Part shown: positions 47,561-58,190 of the stretch, one piece after another
Layout: every line of letters begins with the position of its first letter
Position numbering within the stretch: position 1 is the stretch's first letter
Source of the DNA: an uncultured delta proteobacterium
GTDB taxonomy: Bacteria > Desulfobacterota > Binatia > Binatales > Binataceae
NCBI GenBank assembly: GCA_963808235.1
Contig: CAWEEQ010000004.1
Coordinates: 448,001 to 512,000 of the forward strand
Direction of reading: 5' to 3'
Length of the DNA: 64,000 nt
Notes under the pieces: generated by a model
What the model was told of the DNA's origin: nothing
The model's database searches: none
Seen by the model: only the letters and a program-made list of their open reading frames with translations
Program-made: the position numbers and the translations under genes

Positions 47561-50080
47561 ATGACCGACCACAGCGACCCCATCGCTACCCGCGGCAGCG
47601 CCGCGTTGCTTCCCGCGCAATCGCCCGCCGAGCTCGGCGCATCCGAATTGCGCATCCCGATTCTGCTTGACTCCGCGGCGCTCGAGCGCGCCGCGTCCGG
47701 CGACGGACTGATCGAGCTGTTCGGGCAGGGGCGGGCACTCGATGCAATCCGCCTAGCGATGGGAATCGATGCCCCCGGCTACAACGTTTTCGTAAGCGGA
47801 CTTCGCACTCGCCAGGAGCGCGAATCTGTACTGCGTCTGCTCGGCGAGAAAGCCGCAACGATGCCCACGCCGGGCGACTGGGTCTACGTAAATAATTTCA
47901 GAAATCCGGAATCTCCGGTCGCGATCTATTTGTTGCCGGGGCAGGGTGTGGAACTTCGCGAGCGCATGGCCGAGCTGCTGAGCTTTGTACTCGAGCAATT
48001 GCCCAAGGCGTTCCGGCGCGAGGACTTCGACCAGGAGCGCGCGGCGTTGCGCGACAAGTACAACAAGCGCGCGCAGGAACTGTTTGGCAATCTCGAGACT
48101 CGCGCGCGCGAGCGCGGGTTCGCGATCCAGAGCACGCCGTCGGGCCAGGTCATTTTCATTCCACTGATCGAAGGCAAGATGCCCGAGTCACCCGAGGCGC
48201 TGAACAAGGCGATGGCGGGAAGGACCGACGCCGAGCGCGAAGCGTTGGCCAAGGTCCAGGTCGAGTTGCAGGACGAACTCGCGACCCTGACCCTTCGTCA
48301 GCAGGAGATGATGCGCGAGTTGATCGAGGACATTCGCGCGATCGAACGCGCCTTTGCGGCCCGGCTCATCAACCCATCGATCGAAGACTTAAAGCATCGC
48401 ATTAAGAATCCTGCAGTAGATTCCTGGCTCGAACAGGTCGGCGAACACATGCTCGGCAATCTCGATCGGTTCCGCGAGCAGCCTGCCGAGCAGGGGCCGC
48501 CCCGGCCTCCTTCGATCGAGGACGGACCGCGATGGTTCGAGTACCAGGTCAACGTCCTGGTCGATAACTCGGCGACACGCGGTGCGCCGGTGGTGCTCGA
48601 GGACGCGCCGACTTATCGCAACCTGTTTGGCACCATCGAGCGCTGGATCGATCCGCTCGGGCGCTCGGGCACCAACTTCACGCGCATCATCGGCGGATCG
48701 TTTCTGAAATCGCACGGCGGTTTCCTGGTCTTCGACATGGAAGATGCGGCGATCGAGCCGGGAGTCTGGAAAACGCTCAAGCGCACGCTCAAGTCCGGCC
48801 GCATGACGCTCGAGACTTTCGAACCGTTGCCGTTTTTCTCGATGAGCGGGCTCAAGCCCGAGCCGATCGAGATTCACAACAAGGTCGTGGTGCTCGGCGG
48901 CGCATATCTTTACAACCTGCTCTATTTTTACGACACGGACTTCTCCGAACTGTTCAAAGTGAAAGCTGAGGTGCGGCCGGCGGTGGCCGCCGATGGGGCC
49001 GCTGCGGCGCATTACGCGGCGCGCGTCGGCGCACTCTCGCGCAGAGAGAATCTGCCGCCCTTCGACGCGAGTGCGCTGGAAAGAATTGTCGAGTTCGGGA
49101 TGCGCATGGCGGGCGATCGGACCCGGGTGCTCGCGATGCTCGAGCCGATCGACGATCTTGCGCGCGAGTCGGCTTACTTCGCGCGCGGCGAAGATGCCGC
49201 CCGGGTGAGCGGCGCGCATGTCGAGCGTGCGCTCGTGGAGCGGATGCTTCGGCTTAACTTTATCGAAGAGGAAATTCGCAGGCTCATCGCCAATGGCACG
49301 CTCATCGTCGAGATCAAGGGCACCAGCGTCGGACAGATCAACGGCCTCGCCGTGCTCGACGTCGGCGGGTACAGCTTCGGCCGTCCATCGCGCGTCACTG
49401 CGACGGTGGCGCTCGGGCAATCCGGCGTGATCAACATCGAGCGTGAAGCGCGGATGTCGGGCTCGACGCACGACAAGGGAATCATGATACTGAGCGGCTT
49501 TCTGCGCGCGCGCTTCGGACAGACTCATCCGCTCGCGATGACCGCGAGCCTTTGCTTCGAGCAATCTTACTCGGGAATCGACGGCGACAGCGCAAGCTCG
49601 ACTGAACTGTACGCGCTGCTCTCCGCGCTGTCGGGAGTGCCGCTGCGCCAGGACCTTGCGGTTACGGGTTCGGTCGATCAGCACGGCACCGTGCAGGCAA
49701 TCGGCGGTGTCAATCAAAAGGTCGAAGGCTTTTATCGTGTGTGCAAAACGATCGGTCTAACCGGCGCGCAGGGTGTGCTGGTGCCGCGCACCAACGTGTC
49801 GAATCTGACTCTGGATCCGGAAACCACCGGCGCAATCGAGCGCGGCCAGTTCCACATCTATCCAATTGACACGATCGATCACGGGATCGAGGCGCTCACC
49901 GGCGTGCGCGCGGGAACCATCGAGGAGCCTGGATCGATTAATTATCTCGTGGACCAGCGTCTGAAGAAGATGGCGGACATTCTGCGCGATCGCCCGATGG
50001 GCGAGACTCGCGTCGTGCAGGAGGCCGGCCAAAGTCCGCCGATTCCGAAACCGCCAACACCTCCAGAGCCGCCCCGCTAA
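47561..50080 (+). CDS. Lon-like protease (LonC type, degenerate Walker A)
   Basis: GQGRAL, GYNVFVSG, DWVYVNNF, GQINGLAV, FEQSYSGIDGDSASSTE, GGVNQKVEGF. Confidence 0.9.
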   Translation: MTDHSDPIATRGSAALLPAQSPAELGASELRIPILLDSAALERAASGDGLIELFGQGRALDAIRLAMGIDAPGYNVFVSGLRTRQERESVLRLLGEKAATMPTPGDWVYVNNFRNPESPVAIYLLPGQGVELRERMAELLSFVLEQLPKAFRREDFDQERAALRDKYNKRAQELFGNLETRARERGFAIQSTPSGQVIFIPLIEGKMPESPEALNKAMAGRTDAEREALAKVQVELQDELATLTLRQQEMMRELIEDIRAIERAFAARLINPSIEDLKHRIKNPAVDSWLEQVGEHMLGNLDRFREQPAEQGPPRPPSIEDGPRWFEYQVNVLVDNSATRGAPVVLEDAPTYRNLFGTIERWIDPLGRSGTNFTRIIGGSFLKSHGGFLVFDMEDAAIEPGVWKTLKRTLKSGRMTLETFEPLPFFSMSGLKPEPIEIHNKVVVLGGAYLYNLLYFYDTDFSELFKVKAEVRPAVAADGAAAAHYAARVGALSRRENLPPFDASALERIVEFGMRMAGDRTRVLAMLEPIDDLARESAYFARGEDAARVSGAHVERALVERMLRLNFIEEEIRRLIANGTLIVEIKGTSVGQINGLAVLDVGGYSFGRPSRVTATVALGQSGVINIEREARMSGSTHDKGIMILSGFLRARFGQTHPLAMTASLCFEQSYSGIDGDSASSTELYALLSALSGVPLRQDLAVTGSVDQHGTVQAIGGVNQKVEGFYRVCKTIGLTGAQGVLVPRTNVSNLTLDPETTGAIERGQFHIYPIDTIDHGIEALTGVRAGTIEEPGSINYLVDQRLKKMADILRDRPMGETRVVQEAGQSPPIPKPPTPPEPPR

Positions 50081-50116
50081 GCGCGATCTATCGCGCGCCG
50101 CAGAGATAGTTTCGCG

Positions 50117-51520
50117 ATGGCGATCGACCTCCGACTCGACCCCGCCGAAGTTGCGCTGCTGACCGATCTATACGAATTGACCGTCAGCGCGGCGTTCTTC
50201 GATCACGGCTTCAACGATATCGCGTCGTTTGAGCTCGCGATGCGCCGGATGCCGCCGGGGCGCGGCTTCATGATCGCGGCCGGTGTCGAGCGCCTGGCCG
50301 AAGCGCTGGAGCATTACCGCTTCGACGATGCGGCCATCGAGCATCTGCAATCGCTGAAGCTCTTCAAGGCCGAGTTTCTCGAGTACCTATCGAAACTCCG
50401 CTTCACCGGCTCGATCCGCGCACTACCCGAAGGAACAATTTATTTCGCCGGCGAACCAATTCTCGAAATTCGCGCGCCGCTCATCGAAGCCCAACTGATC
50501 GAGACGCTGGCGCTCAATCAGCTCGGTTTCGCGTCGATCGTCGCGACCAAGGCTGCGCGATGCTTTACAGTCGCCGGAGGCCGGCGCCTGGTGGACTTCA
50601 GCCCGCGTCGCGCGCAAGGCGCCGATGCGTCGCTCGTCGCGGCGCGCTCCAGCTACCTCGCCGGCTTTCACGGCTCCGCCAACGTGCTCGCGGGAAAACG
50701 TTATGGGATCCCCGTTTTCGGCACCATGAGTCACAGCTTCGTGATGGCGCATGAGAACGAGCGCGACGCGTTCAGCGATTTCGTAAACAGCTTCCCGACT
50801 CTGAGTACTTTGCTGGTCGACACTTACGATACGGTACGCGGAGTCGAAAATGCGGCGGCGGTGGCTGTGCAGGTTCGAGAGGCGGGCGCAAAAGTCCAGG
50901 CGCTGCGGCTCGACAGCGGAGATCTACACGCGCTCAGCCGCCGGGCGCGCGTGATTCTCGATAAGGCCGGTCACAGCGATATCTCGATTGTCGCGAGTGG
51001 CAACCTGGACGAGTTCAAGATCGCCGAGCTCGTCGACGCAAGCGCTCCAATCGACGCGTTCGGCGTCGGCACTGCCCTCGCCGTTAGTGACGACGCGCCC
51101 GCGGCCGACTTCACTTACAAGTTGGTCGATTACAAAAATCATGCGCGCCTGAAAACTTCGGCGGGCAAGATCTCCACCCCCGGCCGCAAGCAGCTCTTCC
51201 GTGCGTACGCATCGAACGGATCTTTTTACGCGGACTTGGTCGGCATTATCGATGAAGGCGCGACGACCGTCGCGCATGAATTCAAGACCGCGCCGGCCAA
51301 AACCGCTGCGCTGATGGAAAATATCTTCGAGCACGGCGCTCGCATCATGCCGCGTCCCGGTCTTTCCGAGGCGCGCGAGCGGGTGATGAATGGTCTGACC
51401 GCGCTGGACGCGCGGCACAAGGTGCTTCGCCGCCCGGCGGAGTTTCCGGTCCGTATGACCGCCGCGCTCAACGCGCTGATGATCAGCGAAAAGCTTCGCG
51501 CCGAAAAACGCCAGGACTAG
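50117..51520 (+). CDS. pncB: Nicotinate phosphoribosyltransferase
   Basis: LLTDLYELT, AQLIET, GTMSHS, LLVDTYDT, RLDSGDL, FGVGT, YKLV. Confidence 0.92.
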   Translation: MAIDLRLDPAEVALLTDLYELTVSAAFFDHGFNDIASFELAMRRMPPGRGFMIAAGVERLAEALEHYRFDDAAIEHLQSLKLFKAEFLEYLSKLRFTGSIRALPEGTIYFAGEPILEIRAPLIEAQLIETLALNQLGFASIVATKAARCFTVAGGRRLVDFSPRRAQGADASLVAARSSYLAGFHGSANVLAGKRYGIPVFGTMSHSFVMAHENERDAFSDFVNSFPTLSTLLVDTYDTVRGVENAAAVAVQVREAGAKVQALRLDSGDLHALSRRARVILDKAGHSDISIVASGNLDEFKIAELVDASAPIDAFGVGTALAVSDDAPAADFTYKLVDYKNHARLKTSAGKISTPGRKQLFRAYASNGSFYADLVGIIDEGATTVAHEFKTAPAKTAALMENIFEHGARIMPRPGLSEARERVMNGLTALDARHKVLRRPAEFPVRMTAALNALMISEKLRAEKRQD

Positions 51521-51522
51521 GA

Positions 51523-53679
51523 TCAGTTGATCGCGCCCGCGATGAATGGCGTCGTACGCTCCGGCGGCGGCGAGGCTTTCAGCTCCCTGGCCGCCGATTG
51601 AATGCCGGCGGGATCGAAGATCACGAGGAGCGGTTTGATCTGATCGGTGGGTGGATTTGAAGCGCGGGTCCATCGGCTGGGGGCCGGGTATTCGATTTCG
51701 CGCGCGGTTGCGGCGTAGCGATCGATGAGTGGCTTTACGGCCTCGTACGAGCCAACGATCACGATTCCGAGCCGGCCGCCGGCCGCTGGTCCAACTAGCC
51801 AGTCGGTGTAGGCGCGCGGGGCGGCATCGACGAGCCAATCGGTTGGGAGCAGGTTGAGGCGCTTAAGTTCGAGTCGGGAAAGTTTCGCGGGATCGTTGCC
51901 GCCGGCGAGATACTTTGCCGCCGCCTCGACAATCGCGTCGAAGCGCAGCGCATCGGCGCGGGCTTCAAGCTGCGCGCCGGAAAGTTTGGCGTAAGCGGCG
52001 AAGGCGGCGGGCGGAATTTTGTAGATCCACACGCCGTCCTCTTTTGTTGGAGCGATGCCGAGCGATGCGAGTGGCTGCCGCCAAATCTCGAAACCCGCTT
52101 CTGCCGGATCGGCAATCACCGCCTGTATATCGAAGTGCGCCAGGTAGGCCTTCAGCTGATCGCCCACTTCGGGCAGATCTATCCCGCCGTAGGAATAGTT
52201 GATGACGGGCATTCGCGCGAACTCGAATGGCGCAATTACCCATCCGCAGGCCATCCGGAAGTACATGTCGCTTTTCGCCTGCCAGTACATGTAGATGCCG
52301 TCTTGCTGGAAGGGCAGCGGCAGGATGATTTCGCGCGGCGACAACTCCTTCGCGTAGCTTCCATCCTTGAAGAAGGCGGGGAGGTTGAGACCGGTTACCC
52401 AGAACGAAGCGCTTAAATTTGGCGCGAAGAATAAAACGACCAGCGCAGCGGCCAGGTATTTTGTTGAGGAACGTACTGCCGCGCTGCTGAACCATAAAGC
52501 CGCGATCAACGAAATCGCGAGCGACGAGTACATCGAGAATCTCGACGCCAGCGCATTCGATAAGACCGGCAACTTCGCGAACGCCGCCCACGGCATCGGA
52601 AACAGCGCCCGTCCTGCTACGTGAAGGACGGTTCCGAATGTGGCCACGATCGCAATCGCGAGCATCGCAATCAGAAATTTTCCGGTTGCCGTGCGCCATG
52701 TGTTCCGCCGGTACGCCTCGACGATGATGAGCAGCGGCAGTCCTATATAGACGCCGTTCTCGTACAGGTTTCCGCCGAACTTTTCTGTTATTGCACGCGC
52801 GAATCCAAAAGTGCCGAGCAGGTTGGTCTCGGTGGGAATAAAAAAATTGAGCAGATCGCCGGTGTACCTTTCAGGCGGCCAGATCGGACCATGCGGGGAG
52901 CCAAACGCGAAGAGATAGTAGAGGTACCACGAGACCGCGACGAGCGCGATCGCGTAAGCGCCGGCCAGAGGAGCAACCAAGCCGAGTATTCTCGCTCGCG
53001 TTTCGCGGTCGAAAAAAATAATCCCGAGCAACATCGCAAAGCCGGCGAACATTGTCATGGTCGCGAAGAGCTCGAGGCCGCAGAGAAACTGCACTACCAG
53101 CAGCGCGGCTATCTCGAGAATGAAGCGCCGCGCCGAAATCTCGCCATCGAGGCGGCGAAGCCCCGCCAGGGCCGCCAGTGGAATCGGAAACGCAAGCATC
53201 ATTTGGAAATGGCCCGGGAGCATCTGACCCAACATGTATGGCGAGAAGCCGAAGATGTAACCGCCCAGGATCGACGGCCAGAAAGCTCCGGTCACGCGAC
53301 GACAGAGCAGAAATGCCGAAAGCGCACTGACGGGAAGCGCGACGACGCAGAGAAAGTTGTAAGAGACGACTTCTCCGAATGCGGTGCTGAGCGGAATTAC
53401 GATCCATGCGGGCAGCGGAATAAAAGTGGCCCACGCGAGGTTCACTCCGCGCGGCGCCCACAATCGGTCGGTCAGAAAAGGGTTGACGCGATGCTCGAAA
53501 ACGTGGCGCCACCATCGGAGGAACCACAGCCACGTCGACGGATCGCATCCTTGCCCGATAAAGGCGGTGGTGAGATGGCCCTTGAGGCCGCGCCCGAACA
53601 GAAGAATTGGGAACGCGAGAAAGAGCAGGAAGGCTGCGGTCGAATCGTATCGGCCGTAGCGGCTATTGACGCGAGCCAT
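51523..53679 (-). CDS. Large multi-pass membrane protein, GT-C glycosyltransferase-like
   Basis: DP...W, NPFLTDRLWAPRGVNLAW, GGYIFGFSPY, YIGLPL, many TM segments then soluble C-domain. Confidence 0.65.
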   Translation of the reverse strand: MARVNSRYGRYDSTAAFLLFLAFPILLFGRGLKGHLTTAFIGQGCDPSTWLWFLRWWRHVFEHRVNPFLTDRLWAPRGVNLAWATFIPLPAWIVIPLSTAFGEVVSYNFLCVVALPVSALSAFLLCRRVTGAFWPSILGGYIFGFSPYMLGQMLPGHFQMMLAFPIPLAALAGLRRLDGEISARRFILEIAALLVVQFLCGLELFATMTMFAGFAMLLGIIFFDRETRARILGLVAPLAGAYAIALVAVSWYLYYLFAFGSPHGPIWPPERYTGDLLNFFIPTETNLLGTFGFARAITEKFGGNLYENGVYIGLPLLIIVEAYRRNTWRTATGKFLIAMLAIAIVATFGTVLHVAGRALFPMPWAAFAKLPVLSNALASRFSMYSSLAISLIAALWFSSAAVRSSTKYLAAALVVLFFAPNLSASFWVTGLNLPAFFKDGSYAKELSPREIILPLPFQQDGIYMYWQAKSDMYFRMACGWVIAPFEFARMPVINYSYGGIDLPEVGDQLKAYLAHFDIQAVIADPAEAGFEIWRQPLASLGIAPTKEDGVWIYKIPPAAFAAYAKLSGAQLEARADALRFDAIVEAAAKYLAGGNDPAKLSRLELKRLNLLPTDWLVDAAPRAYTDWLVGPAAGGRLGIVIVGSYEAVKPLIDRYAATAREIEYPAPSRWTRASNPPTDQIKPLLVIFDPAGIQSAARELKASPPPERTTPFIAGAIN

Positions 53680-53698
53680 TAGATGCGGCGCGTCAATA

Positions 53699-54772
53699 TC
53701 AGCGGTGACTGGCGGAGGCGATCGCGCCGACGGCGTGCAGGGCGGAGGCGGCGTCGCGGAGGCATCGCTCTGTGGTCGCCCAATCGATGCATGGATCTGT
53801 AACCGAGACGCCGTACCTGAGCTTCGATCGATCGGCGCTGAGCGGCTGATTGCCTGCTTCGATATTGCTCTCGAGCATCACGCCCATGATCGCGTTGCTG
53901 CCCCCGCAAACCTGGTCGACCAGCGCCTGAAGCACCGCCGGCTGCCTGGTGTAGTCCTTGCTGGTCTGGGCGTGCGAGCAATCGACGATCACGCGCGGCT
54001 CGAGTCCTGCCGACGCGAGCATCCGGCTGCATTCGCCGATACTGTCTGCGTCGTAGTTCGGCTTGCGGCCTCCGCGCAGCACGATGTGAGTGTCGGGATT
54101 TCCCGAAGTGCGGATTACCGCGGAAATTCCGTCCTGGGTGATGCCGAGAAAAGCGTGCGGGCGGCGCGCGGATTGAATCGCGTTGATCGCGACCTGGAGA
54201 TTTCCTTCGGTGGTATTTTTGAAGCCCACCGGCATCGAGAGTCCGCTCGCCATCTCGCGATGGGTCTGGGACTCGGTGGTGCGCGCGCCGATTGCGGTCC
54301 ATGCGACCAGGTCCGCGATGTACTGCGGCGTGATCGGATCGAGCAGCTCGGTTGCCGCGGGCAATCCCATCCGGTTTATTTCGATCAGCACGCGGCGTGC
54401 GATCCGGAGTCCCTCGCGCATGTTGCAGCTATCGTCCATGTCGGGATCGTTGATGAGGCCCTTCCATCCCACCGTGGTGCGCGGCTTGTCGAAGTACACG
54501 CGCATCATGACGTAGAGCTGGTCCGAGATGGCTTCCTTGAGCCGGACGAGGCGGCGCGCGTAATCGAGTGCGGCGTCGGGATCGTGAATCGAGCAGGGAC
54601 CGACAATACAGAGCATCCGGCGGTCGCGCCCGGCCAGGATGCCGCGGATAGTCTCGCGAGACTCGACCACGACCCGCGCGATTCCCTCGTCTACCGGCAT
54701 CTCGGCCTTAAGCAGGCTCGGCGCGATGAGCGGCTCGGCGGCGAGGACATGAACGTCCTGAATTTGGCGCAT
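53699..54772 (-). CDS. 3-deoxy-7-phosphoheptulonate (DAHP) synthase, class I-alpha
   Basis: VGPCSIHDP, RVYFDKPRTTVGWKG, IGARTTESQTHREMASGLS, VDCSHA, YGVSVTDPC. Confidence 0.95.
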   Translation of the reverse strand: MRQIQDVHVLAAEPLIAPSLLKAEMPVDEGIARVVVESRETIRGILAGRDRRMLCIVGPCSIHDPDAALDYARRLVRLKEAISDQLYVMMRVYFDKPRTTVGWKGLINDPDMDDSCNMREGLRIARRVLIEINRMGLPAATELLDPITPQYIADLVAWTAIGARTTESQTHREMASGLSMPVGFKNTTEGNLQVAINAIQSARRPHAFLGITQDGISAVIRTSGNPDTHIVLRGGRKPNYDADSIGECSRMLASAGLEPRVIVDCSHAQTSKDYTRQPAVLQALVDQVCGGSNAIMGVMLESNIEAGNQPLSADRSKLRYGVSVTDPCIDWATTERCLRDAASALHAVGAIASASHR

Positions 54773-54917
54773 ATAGTTAATAGATATTTTTATCCGAAAG
54801 GAGGGGGCTAACAAAGACGGTGGCCGGCGGCGCGTATGAGGTCGAAATTGGTAGTGCTCGATTGGCTCGCGGCCCTCACCCGTGCCTCAAAGATTCCCGC
54901 AGCACCAGACGGAATAC

Positions 54918-56207
54918 TCAGTTGGTATGCAGACGATTAGCTAGTTCCACGACGTGCGACGGATCGATCGCGACTATTGCTGCCGCGCCGACCGCGAACA
55001 TGATCACAAATCCCGCCATCAGGCGCAGGTAGAATGAGGGCTGATGGCTGGTTCGCGCGATCCCCGATTTGAAGACTGCGTTGACTCCGGCCGCGAGCGT
55101 CATCCCGATTACCGCATCGCGCGCTGAACTGGTGCCGGCGTTGACGAAACCGGCGAGGGAGAGCGAGATCGCGTCGACGTCGACGAGTCCGCTGATCGCC
55201 GAGACCGCCATCTGGCCGCCGTAGCCCAGATAGTTCTTTGCGAGCCGGACCACGAATAGGACTACGGTGAATACGACGCCGAACTTGAACGCTGGAGCGA
55301 GTGACAACGGGTTGCGGAAAGTCGAGGCCGCGACCTTGGCGCCGCTTTCGTGAGAGGCAATTCCAAGAATAAATGCCGCGCCGAAGCCGGCGAGCATCAT
55401 TGCGGCGAAACTCGGGACTCCCGCCAATGCCAGCGTCGGACTGACTACTGCGACTATTAGCAGCATCCGCGGGAACAAGATCGAATTGGCTATTAGCGCG
55501 TTGCGAGCCGCGGATATCGCCGTGTCGGGCGCCTCGGCTACTGCGCGCGAAATTCCGGTGGTATAGGCGGTCGTCGATGCAAGCGCTCCGAGCACCGCGG
55601 TCAGCAGCGCGCCGCGCTCGTCACCGGCGTACTTGGTCAGGAAGTAGCCGACGTACGATACGCCCGAGACCAAAATTACGAATAGCCAGATCTTGCGCGG
55701 ATCGAAAAATCCGAACGGTCCGTACGTGCCGGCGGGGAGCAGCGGGTAGATGATGAAAATCAAGCCGAGGAAGGTCAGCGTGTCGATATATTCCTGGTCG
55801 GAGATTCCTTCGAGCACGAAATGGCGCAACTGATCGCGCTCCGCCAAAATCAGCGCGAGCACGATTCCAAGTCCGGCGCCGAATTGGCGGTCTGACGTAA
55901 GGCAGAGAGCGGCCAGCGTGAAGGTCGCGATCGCGGCAAGCTCGGTGGTGATTCCGCTGCGCTCCGGATGCTGCATGCGCATCACGAGGATCGCGCCGAT
56001 CACGCCCGCGAAGAGCACGGCCGCAAGCACGACACTGCCAAGGTGTCCAGCTACCGCGCCGAGCAGCGCTATTATCAGGAAGTCGCGGGTGCCCGGCCGC
56101 GGCGGACCGTCAGCCGTCGGTTCTCGCGTGCGTCCAACCAGCAGGCCGATCGCAAGCGCAAGCAGAAATCCAAGCGCGGGAGAGTAGGGGCCGGTAGGCT
56201 CGGGCAT
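54918..56207 (-). CDS. MgtC/SapB + DUF4010 membrane protein
   Basis: ALAIGLLVG.RE, GTRDF, GITTE, IWLFVILVSGVSYVGY, ASTTA, SGLVDVDAI. Confidence 0.88.
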   Translation of the reverse strand: MPEPTGPYSPALGFLLALAIGLLVGRTREPTADGPPRPGTRDFLIIALLGAVAGHLGSVVLAAVLFAGVIGAILVMRMQHPERSGITTELAAIATFTLAALCLTSDRQFGAGLGIVLALILAERDQLRHFVLEGISDQEYIDTLTFLGLIFIIYPLLPAGTYGPFGFFDPRKIWLFVILVSGVSYVGYFLTKYAGDERGALLTAVLGALASTTAYTTGISRAVAEAPDTAISAARNALIANSILFPRMLLIVAVVSPTLALAGVPSFAAMMLAGFGAAFILGIASHESGAKVAASTFRNPLSLAPAFKFGVVFTVVLFVVRLAKNYLGYGGQMAVSAISGLVDVDAISLSLAGFVNAGTSSARDAVIGMTLAAGVNAVFKSGIARTSHQPSFYLRLMAGFVIMFAVGAAAIVAIDPSHVVELANRLHTN

Positions 56208-56231
56208 CGAGATTGCGATGTTATCGGAATG

Positions 56232-57485
56232 TCAGCGGAAATGCTTGCTCAGGAAATCCAGACATCGGCGCCATGAATCGAGGTTCGCGACGTGGTTGGC
56301 CTCAGGAGCTCCGCCCAGCGCCATCGGCGTTTTCACGACCGGATGAAAAATTTCACTTATCACCGGCGAATACGGAAAGCGGATGAAATGCCCGGCGCCC
56401 GCGTAGCTGACGTGTTCGTAGGAATGCGGAAAATCGTGCGCGATGAATCGTTGCATCGCAAGGTCGGCGAGATTCAGCGACGGCCACATCTGATCGTCGG
56501 TGCCGGAGAACATCAGGACCGGCCCGCCGATCTTTTCGACTGCGATTAGCGCGCGCTCGGCACTCTCGCGATTTTTGAGACATTCGAGAAACCAATTTCT
56601 GAGCGCGACCGGCGACTTGTTCCACACCTCGAGGCCGCGGGTCGTGGTCGCGATGCATGGCACATCCTCGCCGCGGATTGTCCACGCTGAGCGCACCGGA
56701 GCGTCGGCACCGCCGATTCCCGGCCACACGATACCGCTGGGCGCGTATGCGACCACCGCCGTGATCTGTGGAAACGTCGCGCCCAGCAGCAGCACCAGCT
56801 CTCCGCCGCGCGACGCACCGATCACAGCCAGCTTGTCGCCCGTTACTCCAGGGTGACGCTTCATCCACGCGATCGCCTTTGCAAAGTATTCGAGCGGGAT
56901 CCGCACAAGATCGCGCGGCAGACCGGGCATCGCGAAGTATCCGAGCGACATCACTGCATAGCCGCGACTTGCGAGCAGGGCAGGGTGATCGATCGCGAGT
57001 CCGCCGCCCGATCCCCCAACCAAAATAACGCCCGGCCGCGCACCGTCCTCATGATGGAACATCGTTGCGACGAGTCCGTCGTCGCTGACCTCGCTCCGCA
57101 CGACGCCTTCCGCCGCGAGCCTTCGCGATAGTTCCGCACTCGCGACGAGCCGGCCCTCCAGCGCTGCGCCGATCTTCACCGTCACCGGCGCTGTCGTCGT
57201 CTTGATGAACGGCGTGTGCTCTTTGATCGTTGAATCAAGTGTCATCGACCATAGGAGTCCCATCGCGTCCGCGACTCGATAGTTTCCGGCGACCGGGGCC
57301 TGACGCGCGAGGTCAACGGCCCCGTTCGAATCGGTGACAAATTCCGCGTGTGAGCTCCATCGATGCCCCAGATCGTCGTCCGCGGATGCCCTGACCACCA
57401 CCTGCGTGACGGCGGGAAATCCTTCGAGCCGAATAGAAACCGGCTCGTCGTAAAGCGCGTCGGTTTTGGAGGCGACGATTCGCAT
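56232..57485 (-). CDS. Acyl-CoA thioesterase / BAAT family hydrolase
   Basis: GAVDL, MGLLWSM, LLASRGY, GASRGGE nucleophile elbow, GTDDQMW, YAGAGH. Confidence 0.9.
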   Translation of the reverse strand: MRIVASKTDALYDEPVSIRLEGFPAVTQVVVRASADDDLGHRWSSHAEFVTDSNGAVDLARQAPVAGNYRVADAMGLLWSMTLDSTIKEHTPFIKTTTAPVTVKIGAALEGRLVASAELSRRLAAEGVVRSEVSDDGLVATMFHHEDGARPGVILVGGSGGGLAIDHPALLASRGYAVMSLGYFAMPGLPRDLVRIPLEYFAKAIAWMKRHPGVTGDKLAVIGASRGGELVLLLGATFPQITAVVAYAPSGIVWPGIGGADAPVRSAWTIRGEDVPCIATTTRGLEVWNKSPVALRNWFLECLKNRESAERALIAVEKIGGPVLMFSGTDDQMWPSLNLADLAMQRFIAHDFPHSYEHVSYAGAGHFIRFPYSPVISEIFHPVVKTPMALGGAPEANHVANLDSWRRCLDFLSKHFR

Positions 57486-57562
57486 AAGCCGGCCTTATCA
57501 GTATCTCGAGCGACCGTCAAAAAGCTCCTGCTCGTCCAATAAACAGCTTAAATTTCAGCGGC

Positions 57563-57625
57563 TTGCTGACAGGTCGGCCCCAGTGGTATCGTGCTCACGT
57601 TGAGTGGGCGCGTGCCCACTTTTTT
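57563..57625 (+). promoter_or_regulatory. sigma70-like promoter and rimP leader hairpin
   Basis: TTGCTG-N18-TATCGT, then GAGTGGGC-GCGT-GCCCACTTTTTT terminator-like hairpin typical upstream of rimP. Confidence 0.65.
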
Positions 57626-57698
57626 GTTGGTGTCGCAAAAGGAATCGCGCGAAAAACTGGGCTCTGGGTCGCGTGCCGGAGCGGGCGGAAGGAGGTGA

Positions 57699-58190
57699 GT
57701 GCCGACGGTGGCTCTGACGCTTCATCCGACCGCGGAAAAGGTGCTCGCCCTGCTTGAGCCGCACATCGAGCGCCAGGGTTACGAACTGGTTTCGGTGGAT
57801 TTTCGCAAGGGTACGCGCAATTCGATCCTCCGGCTGCTGGTCGATAAGCCGGGTGGTGGAATTGCGCTTAGCGACCTTGAGCGCCTGAGCCCGACGCTCG
57901 GAGATTTGCTCGACGTGTACGACCCGGTCGAAGGGCGTTACACGCTGGAAGTTTCGTCGCCCGGTATCAACCGGCCCCTGCGAAAGCTCGAGCATTTCGA
58001 GGCGGTCACGGGCGAACGCGTGAAGGTGCGGACCCATCGCGCGCGCGACGGACAGAAGACGTTTGTCGGCAAATTGGTTGCGGTGACCGATTCGGGAATC
58101 GAGCTTGACGATGAGAGCAGTCGAAAACGTCTAACGATTGGTTTCGACGAGATGTCCGGAGCGAATTACGAGTACGATTTTGACAAGTAG
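57699..58190 (+). CDS. rimP: Ribosome maturation factor RimP
   Basis: GYELVSV, LRLLVDK, LLDVYDP, YTLEVSSPGINRPL; GGAGG RBS. Confidence 0.95.
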   Translation: MPTVALTLHPTAEKVLALLEPHIERQGYELVSVDFRKGTRNSILRLLVDKPGGGIALSDLERLSPTLGDLLDVYDPVEGRYTLEVSSPGINRPLRKLEHFEAVTGERVKVRTHRARDGQKTFVGKLVAVTDSGIELDDESSRKRLTIGFDEMSGANYEYDFDK

